From positions 1 through 51,611 of the IMG/VR virus record IMGVR_UViG_3300005580_001063: 51,611 nt of DNA; one strand, written 5' to 3'. The notes under the pieces are model-generated. The model saw nothing but the letters and a program-made list of their open reading frames with translations. It had not been told where the DNA came from and did no database searches. The translations under genes were made by a program, and so were the position numbers. Of the stretch, positions 1 through 10,100 are shown in pieces; positions within the stretch are counted from its first letter, which is position 1; each line of letters begins with the position of its first letter. Source of the DNA: a virus (Duplodnaviria; Caudoviricetes).

Positions 1-1585
1 ATCTATATCCAGAAGAAGTATTATTTTCTCCAACTATAAAAATTCTTTCATTATAAGTTTGATTTCTTCTACCAATAATACTTGTTTCAAAACTATTTGC
101 AGAACCAGTATTATCTTTTCCTAGAATTATTATTTTTTCGCCACTATTTAAATTATTTGTTCCATAAACATCAGAATAATTTCCACTGCCATTGATTGTG
201 TTATTTCTTCCAAAAATATTTGACCAATTTCCTTGATAAGTAACATTTATATCTCTTCCTACTGCAACAATTGATGTACCAGTATAATTAGAATTTTTTC
301 CTGCAAGCCAATTACCAGTTCCAGATACATATATACATTCACCATAAATATCAGATGTATTTGCTGCTTGAATTTCATTTGTTCTTCCAGCTATATAATT
401 TCCACTCCCAATATTAATATAGTTCCAATCTCCAAGAGTATAATTTTCTACTGCAACTGGTTTGATTCTATTGTATTCTCCAAGAATAAAATTCGCATCA
501 CCAGAGCCAGTATTGCTTTGACCATATATTTGATTTGAATTTCCTGCATTACGATTTAATCTACCATAAACGTCAACTTCGATTCCAGTTATATCATTTT
601 CTAGTCCATAGACAGAAACTTTTTCTAGAGCGCCAGAATAAACTCTTACAGTATTATATCTTCCATATGCCAAAGTACTTTTGCCACTGATCGAATTATA
701 ATCTCCATAAACTAAAGAATTTGCTCCTGCCTCAGTTTCATTTCCTATATAATTATTTTGACCAACAACAAAAGATCCAGTTGAAAATTTTTCAGCAATA
801 TTATAATTGCCAAGAATTGTTACTTTGTTTGTATTAGTTAATTTATTATTATGGCCATGAACATGAAGATCATCTCCTGTAACCATACTATCTTCACCAT
901 ATATAGATATATCTTTTCCAGAAACTGAATTCTGTTGACCATAAATTCTAATTTGTGTTCCAGTCGCAACATTTCCTGTACCGTAAATTTTATTATCATT
1001 TCCCGTTACTTGATTAAATAATCCAAATATTGGTGAAAACTCACCACTTACTGTATTGCCTATTCCAAAAATTTGAATATTTTGTCCAGTTAATTTATTA
1101 TTCTGTCCAATACTTATATTGTTTTTACCTACTGTATTATTAAGATGACCTAATACAACGTTATATTCTCCAGTTGTATAATTAAACATGCCTAAATTAA
1201 TGTTATTTAAGCCTGAGACATTGCTAGTATGACCTAATTGCATACTTCCGCCTTCTAACCCAGATATCACTCCACTTCCATTTAATATAAGATTTCCGTC
1301 ATATACTCTTAATACGCATGCGCCAGGATGAGGAAGATTAGCGTCATCTCCATGACCACTTATCAAAAGGTTCCCACTGATTAATCTAAATCTACCATAT
1401 TGATTATTTAAATCATCTAATATATAAGGATCTGTATTATGTACTACAAAATATTGATCATTTACCATTCTATAAACGTTATCAATTGTTACTTTATAAT
1501 TAACTCCATCTTGAACTATAGGAAAGATATCTCCAGTTCTTGGATACGGATTTTCAAATAACTGAGATATTTTCTTATTTGCCAT
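1..1585 (-). CDS. Tail fibre/adhesin with YadA-head-like ~14-aa beta-roll repeats (runs off the left window edge; not in the ORF track)
   Basis: Manual translation from ATG 1585 gives MANKKISQLFENPYPRTGDIFPIVQDG..., then periodic GxxNxxxGxxxxxI units (GQNNKLTGQNIQIF, GIGNTVSGEFSPIF, GTGNVATGTQIRIY). SD-like AAGGA upstream. Confidence 0.7.
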   Translation of the reverse strand, partial: MANKKISQLFENPYPRTGDIFPIVQDGVNYKVTIDNVYRMVNDQYFVVHNTDPYILDDLNNQYGRFRLISGNLLISGHGDDANLPHPGACVLRVYDGNLILNGSGVISGLEGGSMQLGHTSNVSGLNNINLGMFNYTTGEYNVVLGHLNNTVGKNNISIGQNNKLTGQNIQIFGIGNTVSGEFSPIFGLFNQVTGNDNKIYGTGNVATGTQIRIYGQQNSVSGKDISIYGEDSMVTGDDLHVHGHNNKLTNTNKVTILGNYNIAEKFSTGSFVVGQNNYIGNETEAGANSLVYGDYNSISGKSTLAYGRYNTVRVYSGALEKVSVYGLENDITGIEVDVYGRLNRNAGNSNQIYGQSNTGSGDANFILGEYNRIKPVAVENYTLGDWNYINIGSGNYIAGRTNEIQAANTSDIYGECIYVSGTGNWLAGKNSNYTGTSIVAVGRDINVTYQGNWSNIFGRNNTINGSGNYSDVYGTNNLNSGEKIIILGKDNTGSANSFETSIIGRRNQTYNERIFIVGENNTSSGYR

Positions 1586-1624
1586 TAAAGTTTCCTTTTA
1601 CCTATAATAAATTTACACATAAAA

Positions 1625-4399
1625 TTAATATAATACTGAAAGATTACTAACTAAAAGCTCTCCGTCTTCTTGTAGAAGGTAGTTGCCATTTGAAGAGCCG
1701 TCATCTTCAGCTAGTAAAAAGTCTTCTATTTTTTCAATTCCAAGAAGTCCAGACATTTGCATCCCGCGAGTATAATCTTCTGGATCAATTTCTGTAGAAA
1801 AATTAAATCTCACATTTTGTCTAGATCCTATAGAATTTGAAGATGATATTCCTTCAAATTTACAATTAAAAAATTCACAACCATATACATTTAAAAACCT
1901 TTTTTCAAAATTACTTGATTGAGTTCGCTTTTCAAATTCAAAATTTGCATCATAATTACATATATTTTTACAATTTATTAATAAATTATAATCTTTATCT
2001 TCTCGTATAAGTTTAGATAAATCACTATAAGCTTGTTCGCCTGGAATGAGATCAATTCCTACGTTAATAATTAATGGTAAATTAATTTCTCTATCTAATG
2101 GTAGTTTATAACCTATCGCTTCCATTTTTTCTCTATCAAAATTAAAAGAAAATTCATAACCTTGTATACGAATATCATTTAAATTTAATCCATATCCAGA
2201 ACTATTTATATTAAACGTTAAATCTCCTGGAGATAAAGCAGATACAAGATTTTTTGAATTTAATTCATTTGGGATGTTAAATTTAATTCCAGTATTTGTA
2301 ACGTATGTTTTTGGATTAACATAAGGGGTATTTGCTCCACTACCACTCATTTGAAATAGCATGTTTTCTGCTGCATAACTGACATTAACTTCTACAAAAT
2401 TTCCAACAGAAGCTTTTTGTAAATAAGAAGAAAGATAACAATTTCCAAATCCAATCGTTCTAGTTCCTGTGGATTTTGGATCTGCACTGCGATCTATATA
2501 ATTTTGATAATCTGTTTTATTAAAATCTTCTATTAGTTTTTCATTATGGTCTACGTTTTCTTCTGCAAGAGCAACAAATATATTTCTTTTATCTCTAGTA
2601 TTAGATGGCCAAAATGGATCAGTACTCAAACACCCATATTCAGTAAAATCAGCTGGATCAACAATTAATTCATTATTTATCATATCATAATTAACATCAT
2701 CTTCTCCCCAGCCAGTTATTTCTTTTCTTTGTGGTGAGACATAAGCTATTGAATTTTTATAACTTGTATCTATAAATAAAACATTTTCAAAACTTCCAAC
2801 AGCTGTTGAATTCCAATTTCCAGTAAACATTCCTTGAGAATCATTGTAAACAATATTTTCATTTATTTGACCAACGTTATTTAATCCCCAACCAGTAATT
2901 TTATTATTTTCTAGCAAGGCTAAGGTGTGAAACCATCCAGCATGTATTGACTTAACTCCAGTTAACTTTCCTACAGGAGTAGTACTCCAATTTCCAGTAA
3001 AAATACCACTAGAATTATTTTTGTTTTTAATTCCTGCAATTTGACCATCATCATTCCATCCCCAACCAGTTACTTTTCCATTATTAAGTAAAGCAAAAGA
3101 ATGTAGATATCCAGCAGTAATTTGTTTTACTCCTGTCAAATAATTTCCACTTAACGATTGTCCATATTCATTGTCTCCCCAACCAGTTACTTTTTCATTA
3201 TTTAAGATGCATAAAGAATGATGTCCACCAGCAGAAATAGATCGTCCGCCAGTTAAAAAATTACCATTCAAAGACTGTCCATATTGATTGTCTCCCCAAC
3301 CAGTAATTGTGCCATCATCAAGCAATGCAAGAGAATGATATGCTCCAGCGCTAATATTATTAACGCCAGTAATATTGCTTACTGGAGTATTACTCCAATT
3401 TCCAGTAAATAAATAATTAGTATCATTATATCCAGTTGTTCCAACCGCTTGACCCTCATCATTTGCTCCCCAACCAGTAATAATACCACCAGACAATAAA
3501 ACTAAATTATGTAAATAATTTGTACTTATTTTTTTAACTCCAGTTAATTTTCCCACAATTGTATTCGACCAATTTCCAGTAAATTCTCCAGAAGGATTAT
3601 TATCGGTTACATAATTTACTAATTGTCCTTCATTGTTATCTCCCCAACCAGTAATCATACCCGATTCACCAAGAACAAACGAATGATAGAAACCAGCCGC
3701 AGCATCTGTAACTCCTCTGCCATGCATAGTTATTAAAGGATTTAAATTTTTTCCAACATAATATGGAATATAATTTGAATAAACATTTGGATTTGGAGAA
3801 GGCGTTGGCTGAATCATATTAAAACATGGAGATTTAACTTGTATTCCTTCTCCACGGGATGATTTGATTGGATCAGGTTTTGTATTATCTCTATTTAAAA
3901 ATCCAGAAAATAAAAATAATGAATTATTCACATCTGTTCTGAAAAAATATTTATCTCCAGTTACAGGATAATCTAATCTAGGATAATTTACATTAAACCC
4001 CATTCTCATCTCATTTTTTAAAGAAGCTAATATATAAGAAAAATTTAAATTAATTTCAGGTTTTGTTAAATATATTCTATCAATTGTTGCGGCTTTACCC
4101 ATTTGATTAATATTTGATCTATCTGAAGATATTTCGTAATTAAAACTTTGAATTCTATCTAATCTTTTTAAAAGATTATGATTTCTTGGAAATGTATTTT
4201 GATTTTTATCTTTTGGAATTATTGCGTGAATAAGGGCTGGATTTGGGCTTTTATATTGAAAATCTTCATAAGTGATATGAGGAAAATTTTCATGGTTGTT
4301 ATTTAAACCTCCAGAATAATTAATAAAATGGTTTCCGCTAGCTGGAGATGGGCCAATGAAAATATCTTGAATATTATAAATTATTTGATTACGCGCCAT
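1625..4399 (-). CDS. Virion structural protein (tail-tube-like halves) with inserted RCC1/BLIP-II beta-propeller repeats
   Basis: Repeated ISAGxxHSLALL..GxxTGWGDNxxGQ units in the middle. N- and C-terminal regions resemble each other (RIQSFNYEISSDR / RIQGYEFSFNFDR). C-terminal LLQEDG motif. Confidence 0.6.
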   Translation of the reverse strand: MARNQIIYNIQDIFIGPSPASGNHFINYSGGLNNNHENFPHITYEDFQYKSPNPALIHAIIPKDKNQNTFPRNHNLLKRLDRIQSFNYEISSDRSNINQMGKAATIDRIYLTKPEINLNFSYILASLKNEMRMGFNVNYPRLDYPVTGDKYFFRTDVNNSLFLFSGFLNRDNTKPDPIKSSRGEGIQVKSPCFNMIQPTPSPNPNVYSNYIPYYVGKNLNPLITMHGRGVTDAAAGFYHSFVLGESGMITGWGDNNEGQLVNYVTDNNPSGEFTGNWSNTIVGKLTGVKKISTNYLHNLVLLSGGIITGWGANDEGQAVGTTGYNDTNYLFTGNWSNTPVSNITGVNNISAGAYHSLALLDDGTITGWGDNQYGQSLNGNFLTGGRSISAGGHHSLCILNNEKVTGWGDNEYGQSLSGNYLTGVKQITAGYLHSFALLNNGKVTGWGWNDDGQIAGIKNKNNSSGIFTGNWSTTPVGKLTGVKSIHAGWFHTLALLENNKITGWGLNNVGQINENIVYNDSQGMFTGNWNSTAVGSFENVLFIDTSYKNSIAYVSPQRKEITGWGEDDVNYDMINNELIVDPADFTEYGCLSTDPFWPSNTRDKRNIFVALAEENVDHNEKLIEDFNKTDYQNYIDRSADPKSTGTRTIGFGNCYLSSYLQKASVGNFVEVNVSYAAENMLFQMSGSGANTPYVNPKTYVTNTGIKFNIPNELNSKNLVSALSPGDLTFNINSSGYGLNLNDIRIQGYEFSFNFDREKMEAIGYKLPLDREINLPLIINVGIDLIPGEQAYSDLSKLIREDKDYNLLINCKNICNYDANFEFEKRTQSSNFEKRFLNVYGCEFFNCKFEGISSSNSIGSRQNVRFNFSTEIDPEDYTRGMQMSGLLGIEKIEDFLLAEDDGSSNGNYLLQEDGELLVSNLSVLY

Positions 4400-4463
4400 T
4401 TCCTTAAGCCTTTCATCTAAATTTACACCATATAATTTAAATTTAAGTGTATTTATATTTAGG

Positions 4464-4949
4464 ATGAATTATAATTCTGAAAACTATGGCTTTGAACAAA
4501 TTAAAGCCAATAATAAGATTTTAAAGAACGATAAAGCGATTGAGTTTTCGAAGAAAATACTAAATGCAATTAAAGCTAAAGTAAAAGAGCATAATGCAAC
4601 GAGCGTCAAAAAGATAACTTTCGCTCAATTAAAAAAAGTTTACAAGAACAATATTCACGCTCTTGACTCTGAGAAAAATTTCAATCAAGTGGCTTTTGCT
4701 AGAGTTAATATGTTTTTAAGAATGGTAAACGGAGTATCTTCTTATCTGGGCGCTAATAGTAATTTTTCAAAAGCTATTAATAATAATTATATTATCGAGG
4801 CAAGTTTTAACCCTATTGAAGAAGATTTTATTAAAGCAGACGAAGATATCAAATCATACGATTTAAATGATTTTGAATTTAATAATCCTGATAATTTATA
4901 CCTAGATGATGAAGAAGATCGTGTAATATACGGTTTAGACAATTTATAA
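4464..4949 (+). CDS. Hypothetical head-module protein (DUF5824-like LKKVY...AFARVN motif)
   Basis: ORF track, motif resemblance, and position just before the protease gene. Confidence 0.45.
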   Translation: MNYNSENYGFEQIKANNKILKNDKAIEFSKKILNAIKAKVKEHNATSVKKITFAQLKKVYKNNIHALDSEKNFNQVAFARVNMFLRMVNGVSSYLGANSNFSKAINNNYIIEASFNPIEEDFIKADEDIKSYDLNDFEFNNPDNLYLDDEEDRVIYGLDNL

Positions 4950-4953
4950 AATT

Positions 4954-6498
4954 ATGAAAAAACAAAAATATAAATTTGAATCTACATTTGCTAATATTAA
5001 AATTCGACCAGTAGTAAGTGAAGAAAAAGATAAATATCTATCTCTTGCCTCTATTGATAAATTAAAGAAATTTCTTCCAGATATTAATACAGAGGATAAT
5101 ATAGACCTTCTTCCTATTGCTTTTGATGCATGCGTAGTTAATCGTGTTAATAAAAATGGCGACGTAATGGATGCAGTTACAGCAGCTAAAGTTACCAAAA
5201 ATTTTATTAATAAACCAATTAATATTGAACATAACCGCAACCAAGTTATTGGTTGTATTGTATCTGCTAATTTTAGTAAATTTGGTTCTAGCGAAAGTTT
5301 AACAGTAGAAGAAATCAAAGACATGAAAGCTCCATTTAATATTACTCTTGGTGGAGTAATATGGAAAGTAGTTAATAAAGAATTAGCAGATCAAATAGAA
5401 GAGAGTAATGATCCAACTAGTGAAAATTATATGAGTATTAGTGCTAGTTGGGAATTAGGATTTAATGATTATAATTTAGTATTATTAGATGGTAGCGAGA
5501 AGAATATTGAAAACGCACAAATTATCTCTGATGCTGGAGAGATTGAGAAATATAATAGTAAACTAAAATCTAATGGTGGAACAGGAAAATTAGATAATGA
5601 TAAATCAATTTACAGACAAGTTCTTGGTAAAGTAGTTCCTCTAGGCATAGGGTTAACCCTAAATCCTGCCGCTGATGTGCAAGGAGTAGCCGCAAAAATT
5701 GAAATTCCAATTGAATTAAAAATCAATGAAAATCAAAGTTCAGAGGAGCAAAAAATTGAAGAATTACCTTTACAGGATAAGGCTTCAGAAAATAATACTT
5801 CCCAAGAAGACAGTTTAGATGTAAAAAAGGAGAGGATATATATGAAAATAACCAAAATTGAAGATATTACAGACGCACTGCTTAAAGAGGTAACAGCTAG
5901 TTCTATTACCGAATTTGTAGCAGAAGAAATCAAAAAGGCTAACGATCAATTCCTAGCCGAAAAATCAGAAAAAGAGAATGAACTTAAAGCTACTAATGAA
6001 AAAGCAGCAGTTCTCGCTTCTGAACAAGAAGTTGTTAAGAAACAACTCGAAGAGCTCACTCAAAAGCTAGCTTCATTAGAAGCTGAAAAAACCGCTAAAG
6101 CTCAAGAAGAAGCTTTTAATATGCGTATGGCTTCATTTGATGAAGAGTATGAATTAAATGATGACGAGCGTAAAGTTTTAGCATCAGATGTTAAAGACAT
6201 GAATGACGAGTCTTTTTCTGCTTATAAAAATAAGATGGCTATCATGATGAAAGATAAGAGTAAAGAAGCTAAAAAAGCCAAAATGGAAAAAGAACAAAAA
6301 ATGAAAGCTTCAGAAGAAGTAAAAGCTTCAGAAGAAGTCACCCCAATTTCTACAACCCAGGAGGTTGTTGAACAAGCTGTTGATAATGGATCAAAAGCTT
6401 CAGTCGAAATTCCAAATTCCGCCTCAGTCGCAGAGCCAACCATACGTGAAAAATATGCTAAAGCTTTCGATATGAGTGGATTTGAAATTGTTAAATAA
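4954..6498 (+). CDS. Prohead maturation protease fused to a C-terminal coiled-coil scaffold
   Basis: N-terminal NKNGD..KPINIEH..IGCI and SASWE motifs typical of phage protease-like domains. E/K/A-rich coiled-coil C-terminus. Lies upstream of the decoration and capsid genes. Confidence 0.7.
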   Translation: MKKQKYKFESTFANIKIRPVVSEEKDKYLSLASIDKLKKFLPDINTEDNIDLLPIAFDACVVNRVNKNGDVMDAVTAAKVTKNFINKPINIEHNRNQVIGCIVSANFSKFGSSESLTVEEIKDMKAPFNITLGGVIWKVVNKELADQIEESNDPTSENYMSISASWELGFNDYNLVLLDGSEKNIENAQIISDAGEIEKYNSKLKSNGGTGKLDNDKSIYRQVLGKVVPLGIGLTLNPAADVQGVAAKIEIPIELKINENQSSEEQKIEELPLQDKASENNTSQEDSLDVKKERIYMKITKIEDITDALLKEVTASSITEFVAEEIKKANDQFLAEKSEKENELKATNEKAAVLASEQEVVKKQLEELTQKLASLEAEKTAKAQEEAFNMRMASFDEEYELNDDERKVLASDVKDMNDESFSAYKNKMAIMMKDKSKEAKKAKMEKEQKMKASEEVKASEEVTPISTTQEVVEQAVDNGSKASVEIPNSASVAEPTIREKYAKAFDMSGFEIVK

Positions 6499-6516
6499 TA
6501 AAAGGAAAAAATATAT

Positions 6517-7071
6517 ATGGCACATAATTTAAGACCATTCAGACAATATAGCGAAAGCGATGTTGTTGGCCTATTCTCTTATAGCGGAGATAGTACCCTT
6601 GTAACTAAGGGTCTAGCCGTTAAAGTCGTAGGTGACGGATGGACAAATGAAGCTAACAGTAGCCCAGTGGAAGCACTTGGCAGTGTTGGCGCTTCATACA
6701 CTAATGTTGTATCTCAAAGATACGGAGTAGCAGCCAAAGTAGGATTAGCAGCCTCTGGTGATGCAATCCTAGGAATAACCCTAATGGATGTACGCGAAAC
6801 TGATGAAAACGGTGAGAAACTCGTTTATAATCCTCGCAAAGCAGCCGAAATGGGCGTTGTAATCAGTGGACAAGCAGTTCCAGTGCTAACTAAAGGACTA
6901 GTTCTTTATAGTGGCGCTGCAAATGTTACCGCTGGTGCAGTAGCTTACGTTAGTGGCGCTGCTGGTGAACTAGCTGGTTTAGCTACTCTCCCAGCCCTTG
7001 CAACTAAAGTTGGCAGATGGCTAAGTAAGAATGATACCAACGGTATTGCTCTTCTTAAAATTGAGCTCTAA
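6517..7071 (+). CDS. Capsid decoration/cement protein
   Basis: Small G/A/V-rich protein between scaffold and major capsid genes, with SD AAGGA. Confidence 0.6.
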   Translation: MAHNLRPFRQYSESDVVGLFSYSGDSTLVTKGLAVKVVGDGWTNEANSSPVEALGSVGASYTNVVSQRYGVAAKVGLAASGDAILGITLMDVRETDENGEKLVYNPRKAAEMGVVISGQAVPVLTKGLVLYSGAANVTAGAVAYVSGAAGELAGLATLPALATKVGRWLSKNDTNGIALLKIEL

Positions 7072-7094
7072 TTCTTAAAAGGAGAATATTTAAA

Positions 7095-8150
7095 ATGAAA
7101 TTAAAATTAAAAAATACCCCAGAGCAAGTAGAGCTAATCAAAGCAATGGCCAGTCGCGAAAGCACCGTTGCTAAGGAAGCTCAAGAAGCTTTTGCAGCAT
7201 TCATTGGACCAGTTGTAAACAAAGTCCTAATGGAAGCAGCAACCTCTAGCGCAGTCTATACTGACCTAGCCTATGATGAAGATGATAGTCCTTCTATCCC
7301 TCTTGATCTATTCCAAGGCGAAGGTGAAGGTCTAGTCTCCGTTTGGAGTCAAAATGTAGCAGGTGGTCTTCCAACTTCAACAGTTGAAGGTCTATCTGAA
7401 TTGAAAGTCTCTACCTATCGTCTAGATAGCGCAGTTTCTTTCCTCAAACGTTATGCCCGTCGTGGTCGTCTTGATGTTGCTTCAAAAGCAATCGAGAGAA
7501 TGACCAATGAAGTTCTTGTAAAACAAGAGCGTAATGCTTGGGCAGTAGTACTAAAAGCTCTTGCTGATAGTGGCAACACTGTTGACATGGGTTCTAGTAC
7601 GGAATCTTTCACACTTGCTAAACTTAATACTTTAGTAAAGAATGTAAAGAGACTAAACAAATCTTATGCTAATGGCACAACCAGTAGTTCTTATGGTCTA
7701 ACCGATATCTTCGTTAGTCCAGAAACTATGAGTGACATCCGCGCATTCGCTTATAATCCAGTAGGAACAGCATCTAGTACAGATCTTCCAGCTGGTGTTC
7801 GCGAAGAGATCTATCGTGGTGGTGGAACTCAAGAGATTTATGGAATCAGTATCCATGAATTAGTTGAACTTGGTGCAAACCAAAAGTATACTAAACTCTT
7901 TAATGAGTTCTTCAGTGGTGCTAACAGCTTTGCCGATTCAGATGATCTTATCGTAGGTATCGACCTTACTAAAGATGCATTTGTTCGCCCAGTTGCTCGT
8001 AATGCTGATTCTGGCAGTACCTTCACTGCAATGCCTGACGATCAATTCGTTGCCCGTTCTGAGAAAATCGGATTCTACGGTTCTCTCGAAGAAGGTCGCG
8101 TTTGTATCGATTCACGCGCAGTAGCTGGTATAGCTATTAATCGCGCCTAA
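7095..8150 (+). CDS. Major capsid protein (probable HK97 fold)
   Basis: 351 aa in canonical protease-decoration-capsid order, strong SD GGAGA, high-expression-type codons (GGT, CGT), followed by a terminator. Confidence 0.75.
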   Translation: MKLKLKNTPEQVELIKAMASRESTVAKEAQEAFAAFIGPVVNKVLMEAATSSAVYTDLAYDEDDSPSIPLDLFQGEGEGLVSVWSQNVAGGLPTSTVEGLSELKVSTYRLDSAVSFLKRYARRGRLDVASKAIERMTNEVLVKQERNAWAVVLKALADSGNTVDMGSSTESFTLAKLNTLVKNVKRLNKSYANGTTSSSYGLTDIFVSPETMSDIRAFAYNPVGTASSTDLPAGVREEIYRGGGTQEIYGISIHELVELGANQKYTKLFNEFFSGANSFADSDDLIVGIDLTKDAFVRPVARNADSGSTFTAMPDDQFVARSEKIGFYGSLEEGRVCIDSRAVAGIAINRA

Positions 8151-8172
8151 TTAATCTTTAGATTAATATCAA

Positions 8173-8209
8173 GAGGCCCACAGGATAACCCCTGTGGGCT
8201 TCTTTTTTT
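8173..8209 (+). terminator. Rho-independent terminator after the capsid gene
   Basis: Stem GAGGCCCACAGG / CCTGTGGGCTTC with a 6-nt loop, followed by a T run. Confidence 0.9.
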
Positions 8210-8211
8210 AT

Positions 8212-8240
8212 TAGACATTTCTGACTTTAATCTATACAAT
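8212..8240 (+). promoter_or_regulatory. sigma70-type promoter
   Basis: TAGACA-N17-TACAAT, then SD GGAGA before ATG 8258. Confidence 0.6.
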
Positions 8241-8257
8241 ATAGTATAGGAGAAAAT

Positions 8258-8596
8258 ATGGCAAAGAAAAATAAATTAGATTCATTAACTCAAACTCACG
8301 GACAAGTAGAAAGCCCAAGGACGCTAGACCAAATTTGGGGAGATTCTGGTCAATCTAAATACGGAACATTAGTGCTTGCAGAGTATCAAAAATATTTAAA
8401 AGAATTGACTAAAAGTGATCTTCAAGCTCATGCAATCAAAGTAGGCCTTATTCCTATAGACAACAGAGAAACTCTAGTAAAAAGACTAGAAAAAGAATTC
8501 AATAAACATGTTTCTCTTTATCAACCCGCACCAAAAACAAAAAATAATATTAAATTAAGTAAATCTGCAAGAGATATTCTAGCAGAAGGCCGATAA
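8258..8596 (+). CDS. Hypothetical protein
   Basis: ORF with SD and upstream promoter. Confidence 0.7.
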   Translation: MAKKNKLDSLTQTHGQVESPRTLDQIWGDSGQSKYGTLVLAEYQKYLKELTKSDLQAHAIKVGLIPIDNRETLVKRLEKEFNKHVSLYQPAPKTKNNIKLSKSARDILAEGR

Positions 8597-8669
8597 TTTT
8601 GTGTAATATTGGTTGTTAGTCTGCCTTAAAAAAGCAGCAATTTAGCGCAAGCTAATAACAACAAAATAT

Positions 8670-10100
8670 ATGGCACAAAGATTTAAGGCTAAGACATTAA
8701 TATCAAATAGTGGCGTTTTTAATAACGAAGTAATTGCTCCGAATCTCGTTTACAATACTGGCGACCAAATTATCTCTGGAGTTAAAAATTTTTATACTCG
8801 TCCAACAGTAAATGGTAGCGGTTTTGTTTTAGATGGAGAAACATTCCCAAATATTGAAGTCCAAGATCTAGTTTTAAAAAGTGGAAACCAAACTATCTCT
8901 GGAATTAAAACTTTTACGACTGGAATAATTGCACCTAATGTAGTTTACAATACTGGAAACCAAACTGTTTCAGGATTGAAAACATTTAGTAATGGTATCG
9001 TTTCTAGCGTTGGAATTACTGGCACAAATATTGTTTACAATACTGGCAACCAAACTATTGGTGGACTAAAAACATTTAGTAATGGTGTCATTTCTAGCGT
9101 TGGAATTACTGGCACAAATCTTGTATACAACACGGGAGATCAAAATATTAATGGAATTAAAAATTTTATTTTAAAACCTACTGTTAATAGTAATGAAATT
9201 TTTGTTTATGGAGATTATTTAATAGATATTCGTGATGAAGGATCGTCTTTAGGAAACGTAAATACCATTAATTTCATTGGGCCAGGAGTTACAACTTCTG
9301 TTAATAATGGAAACGCTTCTGTAACTATCAATGGTGGGGAGGGTGCTGGAACTTTTGTTTCTTTGGTTGGAAATGAAACTATTGCTGGAGTTAAAACATT
9401 TACTAATGGTATCGTTTCTAGCGTTGGAATTACTGGCACAAATATTGTTTACAATACTGGTAGTCAAACTATTGGTGGACGAAAAACATTTAGTAATGGT
9501 GTCATTTCTAGCGTTGGAATTACTGGCACAAATATTGTTTACAATACTGGCGACCAAACTATTGGTGGACTAAAAACATTTAGTAATGGTGTCATTTCTA
9601 GCGTTGGAATTACTGGCACAAATCTCGTTTACAATACTGGCGATGAAACTATTGGTGGATTAAAAACATTTAGTGATGGTGTCATTTCTAGCGTTGGAAT
9701 TACTGGCACAAATCTTGTATACAACACGGGAGATCAAAATATTTCAGGTTTAAAAATATTTGCCGATGGAATAAATTTAAGTGGATCTGCTTTAGAAAAT
9801 GCAGTGCCAAAAATTGTTGATATTATTTATAATTTTGACATTACTTCTGGAATATACAATACTAAAATTATCTTTGCAGATTTAGCTTCTACAATTACAG
9901 GCACTATAACTGGAGATAATCCAAGTGGATTTAATACAACAATAATTCAATACGGAGCAGGGCCAATAAAAATTACTGGTGCCCCAGGAATAACAATTAA
10001 TAGTTATCAAAATAAATATCAAAGCGCTGGTCAATATGCAGCTATTTCAATTATTCAAAAATCAACTAATAATTATTTTATTTTTGGAAATACAGTGTGA
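8670..10100 (+). CDS. Fibre protein with 30-aa VYNTGDQTIGGLKTF... repeats
   Basis: Repeated NTGxQTIGGLKTFSNGVISSVGITGTNxVY units. TGDQTIxGxKTF is a common phage fibre repeat. Confidence 0.75.
   Translation: MAQRFKAKTLISNSGVFNNEVIAPNLVYNTGDQIISGVKNFYTRPTVNGSGFVLDGETFPNIEVQDLVLKSGNQTISGIKTFTTGIIAPNVVYNTGNQTVSGLKTFSNGIVSSVGITGTNIVYNTGNQTIGGLKTFSNGVISSVGITGTNLVYNTGDQNINGIKNFILKPTVNSNEIFVYGDYLIDIRDEGSSLGNVNTINFIGPGVTTSVNNGNASVTINGGEGAGTFVSLVGNETIAGVKTFTNGIVSSVGITGTNIVYNTGSQTIGGRKTFSNGVISSVGITGTNIVYNTGDQTIGGLKTFSNGVISSVGITGTNLVYNTGDETIGGLKTFSDGVISSVGITGTNLVYNTGDQNISGLKIFADGINLSGSALENAVPKIVDIIYNFDITSGIYNTKIIFADLASTITGTITGDNPSGFNTTIIQYGAGPIKITGAPGITINSYQNKYQSAGQYAAISIIQKSTNNYFIFGNTV
8940..9760 (+). 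repeat. Near-identical 90-bp tandem repeats in two blocks
   Basis: gcgttggaattactggcaca recurs at 9007, 9097 and at 9421, 9511, 9601, 9691 (90-bp period). Confidence 0.95.

Noticed and set aside
8940-9760. CRISPR array or DGR template/variable repeats
   Set aside because: The repeats are in-frame coding units without unique spacers or adenine-specific variation, and there is no cas or reverse transcriptase gene in the window.
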